Source: Leptolyngbyaceae cyanobacterium
GTDB taxonomy: Bacteria > Cyanobacteriota > Cyanobacteriia > Leptolyngbyales > Leptolyngbyaceae
Assembly (NCBI GenBank): GCA_041752515.1
Contig: JBGSWI010000009.1
Span: forward strand, 27-64,026
Reading direction: 5' to 3'
DNA length: 64,000 nucleotides
Part shown: positions 1 to 9,377 of the stretch, one piece after another
Numbering within the stretch: the first letter of the stretch is position 1
Layout: every line of letters begins with the position of its first letter
Translations under genes and position numbers: made by a program
Notes under the pieces: generated by a model
What the model was told of the DNA's origin: nothing
Seen by the model: the letters and a program-made list of their open reading frames with translations, nothing else
The model's database searches: none

Positions 1-147
1 AGAGGTTTCGTTGGACAAACGGGCATCAGGTTTGAGCATTGCCGCAAGGATAGACAGTTTTAAGGCGCGTCGATGAACTAAGAATCCCTGTGCGTTTACG
101 CCAGGGAGTGTCAACTATTCCATTCGTAGCGCTACTGCGAGTTAGGG

Positions 148-1008
148 TCATATTTTCAAATGTTGCTGAAGCGATCGCCGCATCACCTCCACGGGCGCGG
201 GCTGCTGAAGCCAAATCTCTAGGGCAGCGGCTCCTTGTTGCACCAGCATTTCTAACCCGTCGATCGCGATCGCGCCTTGTTGGGCTGCCTGCTGCAAAAA
301 TAGGGTTGGCTGGGGCACATAAATCAAGTCATAGGCGATCGCGCCCGGTTGCAGCGTTTTTAGCAGGGAAAGATCCACAGGGGACTGATCGACTTGGGGC
401 TGCATTCCAATCGGGGTCGTATTCACAATTAAGCTTGCCGTGGGCAAAAACTTTGGTAAGTCATGCCACTCATGGGTTTGGAGCAAGGGCGCGGTGGCTG
501 AATTTGCCCAACTTTGCTGAAAAGCGGTTAGTTTGGCGCGATCTCGTCCCACCACATAAATCGCGCGACAGCCCAACTCAGTACAGCCAGCTACCACGGC
601 ACGCGCTGCGCCGCCATTGCCCAAAATCACCACGTCCACTTCTGCCCAACGCGGATCAAGGTGCTTTAAAGGAGCCAGAAACCCAATCACGTCTGTGTTT
701 GTACCGCTCCAGCCTTGCTCAGTGCGCCAAACGGTATTGACTGCGCCGACTGCTTGAGCGGCAGAACTAATTTCCGTCAAAAGCGGTAAGATTGTCTGCT
801 TGTGTGGAATGGTGATGTTGAAGCCCTGTAGTCCGATCGCCGCAAATCCAGCGATCGCCACCGCCAGGTTTTCTGGCTTGACAGGCAACGGCAGATAGGC
901 AAAATCTACGCCAAGATGGGCGATCGCGGCATTGTGCATCACCGGTGACAAGGAATGGGAAACCGGATGCCCCATTACGCCCAGTAGTTTTGTTTTGCCA
1001 GTAATCAC
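148..1008 (-). CDS. aroE: shikimate dehydrogenase
   Basis: N-terminal GxPVxHSLSPxMHN, NITIPHK, GAVNT, NTDVIGF and GLEMLVQQG motifs. Confidence 0.95.
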   Translation of the reverse strand: MITGKTKLLGVMGHPVSHSLSPVMHNAAIAHLGVDFAYLPLPVKPENLAVAIAGFAAIGLQGFNITIPHKQTILPLLTEISSAAQAVGAVNTVWRTEQGWSGTNTDVIGFLAPLKHLDPRWAEVDVVILGNGGAARAVVAGCTELGCRAIYVVGRDRAKLTAFQQSWANSATAPLLQTHEWHDLPKFLPTASLIVNTTPIGMQPQVDQSPVDLSLLKTLQPGAIAYDLIYVPQPTLFLQQAAQQGAIAIDGLEMLVQQGAAALEIWLQQPAPVEVMRRSLQQHLKI

Positions 1009-1030
1009 AGGGTTAAAAAAGGGATAGGGG

Positions 1031-1528
1031 TTAAGCCACCGATTCTGGTTTGGCGGGTTCCGTCGCTGATTCAGTAGGCGCAGGAGAAAATTCGAGATCT
1101 GCCATTTCTATGGAACTCTCTAAAGCCATTTCGGATGGGATCGCGGCATCAAGTGTTGCTTCGGTTGGCGCAGTGTCGGGAAGGGGGGCTGCGATGGGGT
1201 CGCCCGCCTCGGTTAGGGTCACTTCTGGAATAGCGATCTCGGCGGTTTCGGGGCGATCGAGTTCCGTGGAAGAGATCACGCGGCGAATAGGCAAGTTAGC
1301 GATTAAGGCAGTCGATCGCTGGCTGCTTTCTAGGGCAAACTCCATGCTGTCGGTGTCTAGCTCAACATAGCGAGAAACAACTTCTAGAATCTCCTTTCGC
1401 ATCGCTTCGATCACGTGGGGCGGCAAATCGGCGCGATCGTGCGCCAAAACCAATCTCAATCGGTTCTTTACGTCATGACGACTGTTTGTTGGGCGAGCAA
1501 AGAGACGTTCGATCAGTTCAAATAACAT
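1031..1528 (-). CDS. minE: cell division topological specificity factor MinE with a ~75-aa acidic C-terminal extension
   Basis: [12 protein letters not shown]...[14 protein letters not shown]...[11 protein letters not shown] core; directly downstream of minD. Confidence 0.92.
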   Translation of the reverse strand: MLFELIERLFARPTNSRHDVKNRLRLVLAHDRADLPPHVIEAMRKEILEVVSRYVELDTDSMEFALESSQRSTALIANLPIRRVISSTELDRPETAEIAIPEVTLTEAGDPIAAPLPDTAPTEATLDAAIPSEMALESSIEMADLEFSPAPTESATEPAKPESVA

Positions 1529-1558
1529 GAAGCAGGAGGGTAAAGGGGAGTATCGACT

Positions 1559-2365
1559 TCAGAAGAGTTTTGTTGAGAACATTTTGCGAAGGCGAGAGAG
1601 TAGCCCATCGTTTGGCACAGTCAGATCCAAAAAATCGACGGTTTCCCCTTCTAGTCTACGAGCGATATTGTCGAACGCGGTTCCTGCCAAGGAGGGGATT
1701 TCCGATAATACGAGGGGTTCGCCTTTGTTTGTAGACACGATTACGCGCTCATCATCGGGAACCACGCCAATTAAAGGAACTGCCAAAATTTCCTGCACAT
1801 CTGCCACGCTCATCATGTCGTTTGCCTGCACCATGGCGGGACGTAGACGGTTGATAATCAGGTGTACCTTTTTAATATTATTGGCTTCAAGCAACCCAAT
1901 CACGCGATCGGCATCCCGCACCGCCGCGATTTCGGGTGTGGTGACGATCAAGGCTTCTTTGGCTGCCACGATCGCATTTTGGAACCCCATCTCAATTCCT
2001 GCCGGACAATCTACCAGCACGTAGTTAAATGCCTTGGTCAGCGCATTCACCAATTGCTTCATTTGATCTGGCTTGACGGCATCCTTCGTCCGGTTTTGCG
2101 CCGCAGGTAGCAGCATCAACGTCGGGTAACGCTTATCTTTAACCAATGCTTGCTCTAGGCGGCAACGCCCTGCCAACACATCCACGGCAGTATAGACCAC
2201 CCGATTTTCCAGCCCTAGCAGCAAATCAAGATTGCGTAGACCAAAATCCGCATCGATCACAATCACCTTGCGACCTCGCTTTGCTAACGCCATGCCCAAA
2301 TTAGCAGTCGTGGTAGTTTTGCCCACACCACCCTTGCCAGAGGTAACTACAATAACGCGACTCAT
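1559..2365 (-). CDS. minD: septum site-determining ATPase MinD
   Basis: MSRVIVVTSGKGGVGKTT deviant Walker A; DADFGLRNLD; C-terminal amphipathic LLSRLRKMF; start set at the ATG at 2365. Confidence 0.97.
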   Translation of the reverse strand: MSRVIVVTSGKGGVGKTTTTANLGMALAKRGRKVIVIDADFGLRNLDLLLGLENRVVYTAVDVLAGRCRLEQALVKDKRYPTLMLLPAAQNRTKDAVKPDQMKQLVNALTKAFNYVLVDCPAGIEMGFQNAIVAAKEALIVTTPEIAAVRDADRVIGLLEANNIKKVHLIINRLRPAMVQANDMMSVADVQEILAVPLIGVVPDDERVIVSTNKGEPLVLSEIPSLAGTAFDNIARRLEGETVDFLDLTVPNDGLLSRLRKMFSTKLF

Positions 2366-2505
2366 GGAATGAGCTTTATCACTAAACAACTAAACGATTG
2401 TTGCAACCCACGGAATGCCCTGAGTAATCTAACAATATCAAACCTGGCTTCCTTATACTCGAAAAGCGCCAAGATGATGGAAAAAGGATTAGATCATTCT
2501 TCGCG

Positions 2506-2538
2506 TAAGATGTTTGCATAAGATGTTTGCGTAAGATG
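2506..2538. repeat. 13-bp direct repeat, 2.5 copies (TAAGATGTTTGCR), in the divergent minD/def intergenic region
   Basis: taagatgtttgca taagatgtttgcg taagatg read directly. Confidence 0.7.
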
Positions 2539-2671
2539 CGTGAACTGCTACAAGTTTGACTCGAATGAGGCTGTTTGATAAATCTGGGTTAACAACTCCA
2601 CTAAAATAAACGGAAATTCGATAGGATGAGTTAATACGGAATGATTCCGACCTTTTTATTGAAAGCTGTGA

Positions 2672-3244
2672 GTGCCATCCATGACTGCTGAGGTTTTGGT
2701 AGAGAAAAAGAAATTAGCGAAGCCACCGCTGGAGATTCATCAGTTGGGCGATCGCGTGTTGCGTGCGCCTGCAAAACGAATTGCCAAGGTGGATGCCGAA
2801 ATTAAGCAACTGATTCGAGAAATGTTGCAAACCATGTATAGCGCGGATGGCATTGGTTTAGCTGCGCCTCAAGTGGGGGTTAATAAGCAACTGGTCGTCG
2901 TGGATTGTGATCCAGACGACGCTACAAAATCACCGCTGATTTTGCTCAACCCGGCGCTGACCAAGGTGAGCCAAGAGATTGTGGTCAACCAGGAAGGGTG
3001 TCTCAGCATTCCCAATGTTTATCTAGATGTCAAACGTCCCACCGCGATCGAAGTGGTTTATAAAGACGAAAACGGTCGCCCTCAGCGACTGACAGCGACC
3101 GGGCTGCTTGCCTGCTGCATTCAACACGAAATTGATCACTTAAATGGTGTTTTGTTTGTCGATCGCGTGGAGAATGCCTTGGAGTTAAATCAAGAACTAA
3201 CCAAGCATGGCTTTTCGGCACGGGCGGTTAAACCGGTAAGCTGA
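2672..3244 (+). CDS. def: peptide deformylase
   Basis: GIGLAAPQVG, EGCLSIP and QHEIDHLNGVLF motifs; true start may be the next Met (MTAEV). Confidence 0.97.
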   Translation: MPSMTAEVLVEKKKLAKPPLEIHQLGDRVLRAPAKRIAKVDAEIKQLIREMLQTMYSADGIGLAAPQVGVNKQLVVVDCDPDDATKSPLILLNPALTKVSQEIVVNQEGCLSIPNVYLDVKRPTAIEVVYKDENGRPQRLTATGLLACCIQHEIDHLNGVLFVDRVENALELNQELTKHGFSARAVKPVS

Positions 3245-3349
3245 GAGGGAAATCCTTTGTAAACGGCTCGGTTTTAGTCAAGCTGTTTGAATTTTTCATG
3301 TAGATAGTCTAATTTTTAGCCCATTGAGATGTTTCGGGATTAGTCTATA

Positions 3350-3547
3350 GTGACTCCAAAAAGCGGCATACTTCTAGCAGGTTCTTGTATCACGGCGATC
3401 GCGGCGGTTGGCTCAGTCTTTGAGTTATCCTCTGGCGAACCCGAACTGGGCGGCTTGGTCACTGGAATTATTTTGGCATTCAGTATTCCTTTAACGATTG
3501 TCTGTTTTTGGGTAGCCGTTCAAGATACGAGAGCCAATCAAAAATAA
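3350..3547 (+). CDS. small two-helix membrane protein, conserved cyanobacterial hypothetical
   Basis: 65 aa, two hydrophobic segments, follows def; no function recognised. Confidence 0.7.
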   Translation: MTPKSGILLAGSCITAIAAVGSVFELSSGEPELGGLVTGIILAFSIPLTIVCFWVAVQDTRANQK

Positions 3548-3615
3548 ATTTCTCAAATCCTGCTGAGTGTGTTGATTTTTGGCACAATTTATTGTCTCGG
3601 CAGACTTTTCTGATA

Positions 3616-4998
3616 ATGTCTGGCACTCAATCTATTGCATTTCTTCGATTGCGCTCTGGCAAACGTGGCGCTCTGCGCCGGAAACCTGATTATCCGCTGT
3701 CCATGTCTGAGCCGATGGCAATTGGGCGAGATCTATGCTGCGAAATTGTTCTAGATGCATCCCTTTATCGCTCAGTTTCTCGGCGACACGCAGAGATTGT
3801 GCCTATTTTGGAGTGTGAGTCGCCTCAGGGAGAGCGGTTTTGGCAGGTTTGCGATCTAAACAGCAGCAACGGCACATTTGTGAATGGCGATCGCTTAAAA
3901 GGATGCCAGGTTTTGCAAGTGGGCGATCGCATCATGCTGGGGCAAAATGGTCCGGAGTTAGTGTTTGAATATCACCTTCAAGCAGCAGGGCAACCGCTAG
4001 ACAATTTTGGCGTGGCACGAGGTTCATTACCGCTGGCTCTTGATCCAACTTTGCCGTCGCCTAGGAACCGTAGTAGACCGGAAGATGTCAGCTTAACTCA
4101 GTTGTTTCCAATCTTATCTACCGGGCGTGAACTGACTCAAAAAGCTTACTTGGTGCCGGCGATCGTTACCATTACGTTTGTCGTGTTGTTATTTTTGGCG
4201 ATCGGCAATCCAGCGATGTTTAACCTATTGCTGGCGGCATATCTAGCGATCGCAGCGTTATATTTCATCTATCAACTGTGCGGCAAGCGAAAGCCCTGGT
4301 GGCTGTTGATGGCAGTGGCAACCAGCACGGTCTTGATTTTGATCAGCCCCGTTTTGGATCTATTTATATTAATATTTCATCACCTTTTGCCGGGTGACTT
4401 ATCGAACACCAATGCCGCAACCAATTTTTGGGTGTTGTTGGTAAAAATGTTTTTTGGCGCGGGGTTGATGGAAGAGTTGATCAAGGCAGTGCCCGTGTTC
4501 ATCGCCTTGGGTTTGGGACTGCGGCTGCGATCGCCCTTTCGATCTCGCGTTGGCGTATGGGAACCATTGGATGGAATTTTGCTCGGTGCGGCTTCGGCTG
4601 TGGGTTTTAGCTTAATGGAAACCCTGGGAGTCTATGTTCCCGCAACCTATAAGTCCTCCCTTTTAGGAGGGCAAGAAGCCGCTCAACTCGCCGGACTGCA
4701 ACTACTGATTCCGAGGGTGTTAGGCTTGGTCGCTGGACACATGGCTTACAGCGGCTACTTTGGCTACTTCATTGGACTCAGTGTGTTGCAGTTTCGGCAG
4801 CGCTGGCTGATCTTGAGCGTTGGACTGTTTACGGCGGCTGGCTTGCACACGCTTTGGAATGCCGCAGGAATGCTGAGTCCGATTTTCCTAACATTTGTGG
4901 GTGTGCTGTCCTATGCGTTTTTGGGTGCCGCCATTCTCAAAGCACGGGCGCTTTCCCCCACGCGATCGCAAAACTTCGCTACCCGCTTTCTGCCCTGA
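3616..4998 (+). CDS. FHA domain plus PrsW-family intramembrane metalloprotease
   Basis: FHA motifs IGR, SVSRRHA, DLNSSNGTFVNG; PrsW motifs AGLMEELIK, GFSLME, HMAYSG, HTLWN; start set at ATG 3616. Confidence 0.88.
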   Translation: MSGTQSIAFLRLRSGKRGALRRKPDYPLSMSEPMAIGRDLCCEIVLDASLYRSVSRRHAEIVPILECESPQGERFWQVCDLNSSNGTFVNGDRLKGCQVLQVGDRIMLGQNGPELVFEYHLQAAGQPLDNFGVARGSLPLALDPTLPSPRNRSRPEDVSLTQLFPILSTGRELTQKAYLVPAIVTITFVVLLFLAIGNPAMFNLLLAAYLAIAALYFIYQLCGKRKPWWLLMAVATSTVLILISPVLDLFILIFHHLLPGDLSNTNAATNFWVLLVKMFFGAGLMEELIKAVPVFIALGLGLRLRSPFRSRVGVWEPLDGILLGAASAVGFSLMETLGVYVPATYKSSLLGGQEAAQLAGLQLLIPRVLGLVAGHMAYSGYFGYFIGLSVLQFRQRWLILSVGLFTAAGLHTLWNAAGMLSPIFLTFVGVLSYAFLGAAILKARALSPTRSQNFATRFLP

Positions 4999-5147
4999 CT
5001 TTTTCTGCCCTGACCTTAGCGATCGCAAAACTTCTGCACTGCTCCTACCGATAGGTTCAATGTCTCGGCGACTTGGTTCATCGTTAGCCCCAAACTCATG
5101 AGACGGGCGATCGCACTCGACTAGACCATAACATTTTGCTGAAAGGC

Positions 5148-5738
5148 TCACTCTAGCAGCCAGCCGAAGACTTCACCCAGGGTTAGAGTTAAGCCAGCGG
5201 CAAAAGTGGGCACAGGCAGAACGATCGCTGGATCTTCAAACGCTTTGACTTGTTGACCAGGGGAATAGACCAAAATTAGGCTTTCCTCTGGGTCAATCAG
5301 CCAGCCGAGTTGAGTGCCATGTTCCAGGCAATGCAGAATGTTGAGTGCCACGCGATTAGCACTCTGCTCAGGAGAAAGAACCTCAATCGTCCAATCGGGA
5401 GGAATGGGGAAAACGTTGGCAACTCTGCCATCAGGTTCACGCGGAATTCTTTCTTGAACAAACACTGTGACATCGGGTACGGTTGAACGACCACCATAGA
5501 CGCTACTGCGGCTTCCCGCAGGGTAGGTGCAGCGCAATTCCGGGAAAGCGCGAGCAACCTTTGCAGGTTTGAGAGCCGCATTAATAGCCCTGAGCAATTC
5601 TCCCTGAATAACACTGTGGTGTCCTTGTGGCATGGGCTTTTGAATGATTTTGCCGTCAATATATTCGCTGGCGGGCTTGGTTTCTGGCAGTTGCAGAAAC
5701 TCCTCCAAGGACACGGTTTTTGCTGGGGTTTGAACCAT
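5148..5738 (-). CDS. Uma2-family (DUF820) PD-(D/E)xK endonuclease
   Basis: LEEFLQLPETKPASEYIDG, PELRC, VPDV, PDWTIEVLSP, LGWLIDPEE. Confidence 0.92.
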   Translation of the reverse strand: MVQTPAKTVSLEEFLQLPETKPASEYIDGKIIQKPMPQGHHSVIQGELLRAINAALKPAKVARAFPELRCTYPAGSRSSVYGGRSTVPDVTVFVQERIPREPDGRVANVFPIPPDWTIEVLSPEQSANRVALNILHCLEHGTQLGWLIDPEESLILVYSPGQQVKAFEDPAIVLPVPTFAAGLTLTLGEVFGWLLE

Positions 5739-5875
5739 GGTTCGCTCCGATGATGAGCAATCTTACTTGTTATGCTAGCTTGCTCTATCTTAAAAAATTC
5801 TCTGTAGATGGGCGATCGCAGTTTGAAGTCCTACACTGTAGGTTATGCTTCTTATAAAATTAAGGATTGGCAGTC

Positions 5876-6658
5876 ATGGGATTGTTTGACCGTGTTAGCC
5901 GGGTAGTACGTGCAAATCTGAACGATGTCGTCAGTAAGGCTGAAGACCCCGAAAAGATTCTAGAACAAACGATTATTGATATGCAGGAAGACCTGGTGCA
6001 AATGCGTCAGGCAGTGGCAAGCGCGATCGCCAGCCAAAAGCGGAGTCAACAGCAACATAACCAAGCTCAGACCGAAGCAAACAACTGGCAGCAACGGGCA
6101 CAGTTAGCGATTCAAAAGGGTGATGAAGGGTTGGCGCGAGAAGCGTTGGTTCGCAAAAAGACCAATTCTGAAACTGCTGCCGCGCTCAAAACCCAACTTG
6201 ATCAGCAAAGCACAATGGTCGATACGCTGAAGCGGAATCTGATTGCATTAGAAGGTAAGATTTCGGAAGCCAAAACCAAAAAAGATATGCTCAAAGCACG
6301 GGCATCGGCGGCAAAAGCCAACGAACAACTGCAAAACGTGGTGGGTAACATGAGCACGGGCAGTGCCATGGGTGCGTTTGAGCGCATGGAAGAAAAAGTG
6401 CTGCAAATGGAAGCAAAGTCTCAAGCCGCAGCGGAATTGGCGGGTTCCAGTTTGGAAAGCCAGTTTGCCCTATTGGAATCGGGCGGCGACGTGGATGATG
6501 AACTGGCAGCGATGAAAGCCCAACTATTAGGCGGTTCTCAAGACCAAGCCCAGCTTCCTTCTGGCGCTCCGGTGGACAAAGCAACCACTCAGCAAACAAG
6601 TAATCCGGAAGTGGATGCTGAATTGGAAGCGTTAAAAACAAAGCTTGACCAACTTTAG
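5876..6658 (+). CDS. pspA: PspA/IM30 (Vipp1) family membrane-remodelling protein
   Basis: MGLFDRVSRVVRANLN, AEDPEKILEQ, AFERMEEKV, C-terminal VDAELEALK helix typical of Vipp1. Confidence 0.95.
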   Translation: MGLFDRVSRVVRANLNDVVSKAEDPEKILEQTIIDMQEDLVQMRQAVASAIASQKRSQQQHNQAQTEANNWQQRAQLAIQKGDEGLAREALVRKKTNSETAAALKTQLDQQSTMVDTLKRNLIALEGKISEAKTKKDMLKARASAAKANEQLQNVVGNMSTGSAMGAFERMEEKVLQMEAKSQAAAELAGSSLESQFALLESGGDVDDELAAMKAQLLGGSQDQAQLPSGAPVDKATTQQTSNPEVDAELEALKTKLDQL

Positions 6659-6780
6659 GCGATCGCTCGCTGCTATCATCACAGCTTTTTCTAGCCTTCT
6701 ATGTTGACTGGGTTTGCCTTTGAGGTTCAAAACAGGTCAAAATACGAAGGCTTTGTTTTTAACATTATTTAGGAAAGGGT

Positions 6781-7113
6781 ATGAGTATCACGATCATTAC
6801 GGATGCTGAATTTTCGGCAGAAGTTTTGCAAGCCAAACAGCCTGTGCTGGTTTATTTTTGGGCACCTTGGTGTGGTCCTTGTCGGCTGATGGCTCCGATG
6901 ATGGAAACGGTAGCAATGGATTATGGCGATCGCCTAAAGGTGATTAAAATGGAAGTTGACCCCAACCCAACCTCCGTTAAAACCTATAAAGTGTATGGAG
7001 TTCCTGCCTTTCGCCTCTTTCAGGCAGGTGAAATGGTGGCTTCTCTCGAAGGGGCAATTCCAAAGCAGCAGGTTAAGGCATTTTTGACCGATCATATGCC
7101 AGCCTTAGCCTAA
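6781..7113 (+). CDS. thioredoxin
   Basis: WAPWCGPC active site, 110 aa. Confidence 0.93.
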   Translation: MSITIITDAEFSAEVLQAKQPVLVYFWAPWCGPCRLMAPMMETVAMDYGDRLKVIKMEVDPNPTSVKTYKVYGVPAFRLFQAGEMVASLEGAIPKQQVKAFLTDHMPALA

Positions 7114-7149
7114 ATCTAACTCGTATAGACCTTTAACCCGACTTTAATC

Positions 7150-8340
7150 ATGCAGTTTGCCCAGCGATTAGCGCCGCTTCAGTTCAATGTATTTGCCGAT
7201 ATGGATCAGGCAAAAGCGCAAGCGCGAGTCGCAGGGCGGCAACTGATTGATCTATCGCTTGGCTCATCGGATCTGCCCACGCCGGAACCTGTGCTCAGGG
7301 CGATCGCCGATTCCTTGCCCGATCCCAGCACCCACGGCTATCTGCTATTTTCGGGCACTCAAGCCTTTCGCCAAGTTGCCGCCCAGTGGTACACCCAAAA
7401 GTTTGGCGTTGTCGTTGATCCTGAAACCGAAGTGCTGCCGCTGATTGGCTCCCAGGAAGGCACTGCCCATATCCCTCTAGCGATTCTCAATCCGGGAGAC
7501 TTCGCGCTGTTGCAAGATCCGGGCTATCCATCCCATGCAGGCGGCGTTCACCTCGCCAGCGGACAAATTTACCCGATGCCGCTAATCGCCGCGAACCACT
7601 TTTTACCGGTGCTGGAAGATATTCCGGGGGCTGTTCTAGCGCAAGCAAAAATGATGGTGTTGAGCTATCCTCACAACCCCACCACCGCGATCGCCCCCCT
7701 AGAATTTTTTCAAAAAACCGTCGCCTTTTGCCAGCGACATAATTTAGTTTTAGTCCACGATTTTCCCTACGTGGATCTTGTTTTCCCGAACGACTCCAAT
7801 CTTGGCGCTGCGATCGCTCCTTCCGTCTTGCAAGCTGACCCCAACAAAACCGTTTCCATTGAGTTTTTCACAATGTCTAAGTCCTACAACATGGGCGGTT
7901 TTCGAGTCGGCTATGCGATCGGCAATGCGGAGTTAATTCGGGCATTGCGGCAGGTGAAAGCGGCGATCGACTTTAACCAATATCGCGGCATTTTGAACGG
8001 GGCGATCGCGGCGTTGACTGGCTCCCAAGACTCCATTCACACCGTAGTCGAGACCTTTCGTCAGCGCCGAGATGCTGCCATCGCTGCTCTGCATGGAATT
8101 GGCTGGAACGTGCCCACGCCTGCCGCCACCATGTATATTTGGGCAAAACTACCTGAACCTTGGACGCACGACTCCATTGGCTTTGCGACCCGACTCGTCG
8201 AAGCAACCGGAGTTGCAGTATCGCCCGGTGCAGGCTTTGGCAAATCAGGCGAAGGCTATGTGCGGTTGGCGTTGGTCCATCAGCCATTGGTGCTAGAAAC
8301 CGCGATCGCCCGGATTCAGCAGTTTTTGAAGGGCAGTTAG
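7150..8340 (+). CDS. PLP-dependent class I/II aminotransferase (LL-diaminopimelate aminotransferase-like)
   Basis: YPHNPT, VHDFPY, SKSYNMGGFRVG (PLP lysine), PGAGFG..GEGYVR. Confidence 0.88.
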   Translation: MQFAQRLAPLQFNVFADMDQAKAQARVAGRQLIDLSLGSSDLPTPEPVLRAIADSLPDPSTHGYLLFSGTQAFRQVAAQWYTQKFGVVVDPETEVLPLIGSQEGTAHIPLAILNPGDFALLQDPGYPSHAGGVHLASGQIYPMPLIAANHFLPVLEDIPGAVLAQAKMMVLSYPHNPTTAIAPLEFFQKTVAFCQRHNLVLVHDFPYVDLVFPNDSNLGAAIAPSVLQADPNKTVSIEFFTMSKSYNMGGFRVGYAIGNAELIRALRQVKAAIDFNQYRGILNGAIAALTGSQDSIHTVVETFRQRRDAAIAALHGIGWNVPTPAATMYIWAKLPEPWTHDSIGFATRLVEATGVAVSPGAGFGKSGEGYVRLALVHQPLVLETAIARIQQFLKGS

Positions 8341-8396
8341 TGGACATGAATGAGGGAAACTTTCTAGCTTTTGTAGAATATATTTTCCACCGTGGA

Positions 8397-8585
8397 TCAC
8401 TCGGATCGGGCACGACACTTGCCCAATTTGATCGCGCGATCGCCCTTCCCTAAAAATGACACTGCTACTTTCTGGCGATCGCTAATGGACAGCATTCCCA
8501 GATGAAGCTTCACCGTTTTTTGGATGTTTGCCTTGGCTTCTTCCAGCGAGTCGCTGTGGGGATGATAGATCTTCAACTCAGGATG
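8397..8585 (-). pseudogene. degenerate HicB-like antitoxin fragment
   Basis: manual minus-strand translation HPELKIYHPHSDSLEEAKANIQKTVKLHLG resembles the HicB PEL...GDTxEEAxxNIxEAIxLxL motif; in-frame stop immediately upstream and no ATG start. Confidence 0.35.
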
Positions 8586-8606
8586 TTAAAAGGAGGATGA
8601 GCTTCG

Positions 8607-9377
8607 CTAAGCGCCTTTTCCAGGATCGGCGCTCATAGTGTCGAGGTAGGTAATAAACGCCTTTGCCCAAACACTTTCTTCCAGGTAGTGTTTCGTAATC
8701 TCAGCAAGGGTCGCTTTACTCGCTTTTAAATGGCGATCGGGGTTAAGCAGTTGATTGCGGAGAGTTGCCAGTTTAGTGGCATTTGGGGTTGTCGGATTGA
8801 CAATCTCAGCGTCAATGATTTCGTAGGCTTGAGTTTCCGTGGTGACTCTAGGATGCTGCTTTTGCAGATCAGCAAGAGCGGCTTTCAACTCTTGAAGCAC
8901 AGTAGTGAGTTCTGTATCCGTAGCATAGTTATGCTGAATGCCAACTTGATCATGCTGAATCGTGACATCACCTGAGTTAATGTTGCCAACTTGACCAATA
9001 TGAAATGTGGGTTGATTTTTAGACGATTCTGCCATGACGGTTACCTCGATCGCTTCCATTTGCTTTAACCATTGATCAATCCATTCTGGCGGGAATTCTG
9101 GCGCACCATTGAATGGCTTTTCTGGCTGCTCATGCAAATTTCCCACTAGACTTTCCCATTGGGTCGTGATGTCCGAGAGGAGCGATCGCAATTGGCTGGC
9201 TTCAGGCGAAAAATCTTGTCGATACTCCCCTTCAATCAACATCCAATAGCACTCCTCTGCCAACTGCACTAACCGTTGACTGGTTAAAGACTGTTGAGCA
9301 AGTTGCTCTACCTGCCTGGTGAAAGTGGTCAGCAGGAATTGAGAACTAGGTGAAATCAGGTGAGAGGTATCTACCAT
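8607..9377 (-). CDS. hypothetical two-part protein: putative immunity-like helical N-terminus, VGNIN/DQVG motif, helical C-terminal domain
   Basis: 256-aa ORF whose ATG overlaps the last codons of the upstream 100-aa ORF; carries VGNINSGDVTIQHDQVG at 8940-8990. Confidence 0.75.
   Translation of the reverse strand: MVDTSHLISPSSQFLLTTFTRQVEQLAQQSLTSQRLVQLAEECYWMLIEGEYRQDFSPEASQLRSLLSDITTQWESLVGNLHEQPEKPFNGAPEFPPEWIDQWLKQMEAIEVTVMAESSKNQPTFHIGQVGNINSGDVTIQHDQVGIQHNYATDTELTTVLQELKAALADLQKQHPRVTTETQAYEIIDAEIVNPTTPNATKLATLRNQLLNPDRHLKASKATLAEITKHYLEESVWAKAFITYLDTMSADPGKGA

Noticed and set aside
90-740. 216-aa + strand ORF and the many other long antisense ORFs over aroE, minD, smc, rbsK, AI-2E and others
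   Set aside because: Shadow ORFs opposite well-supported genes.
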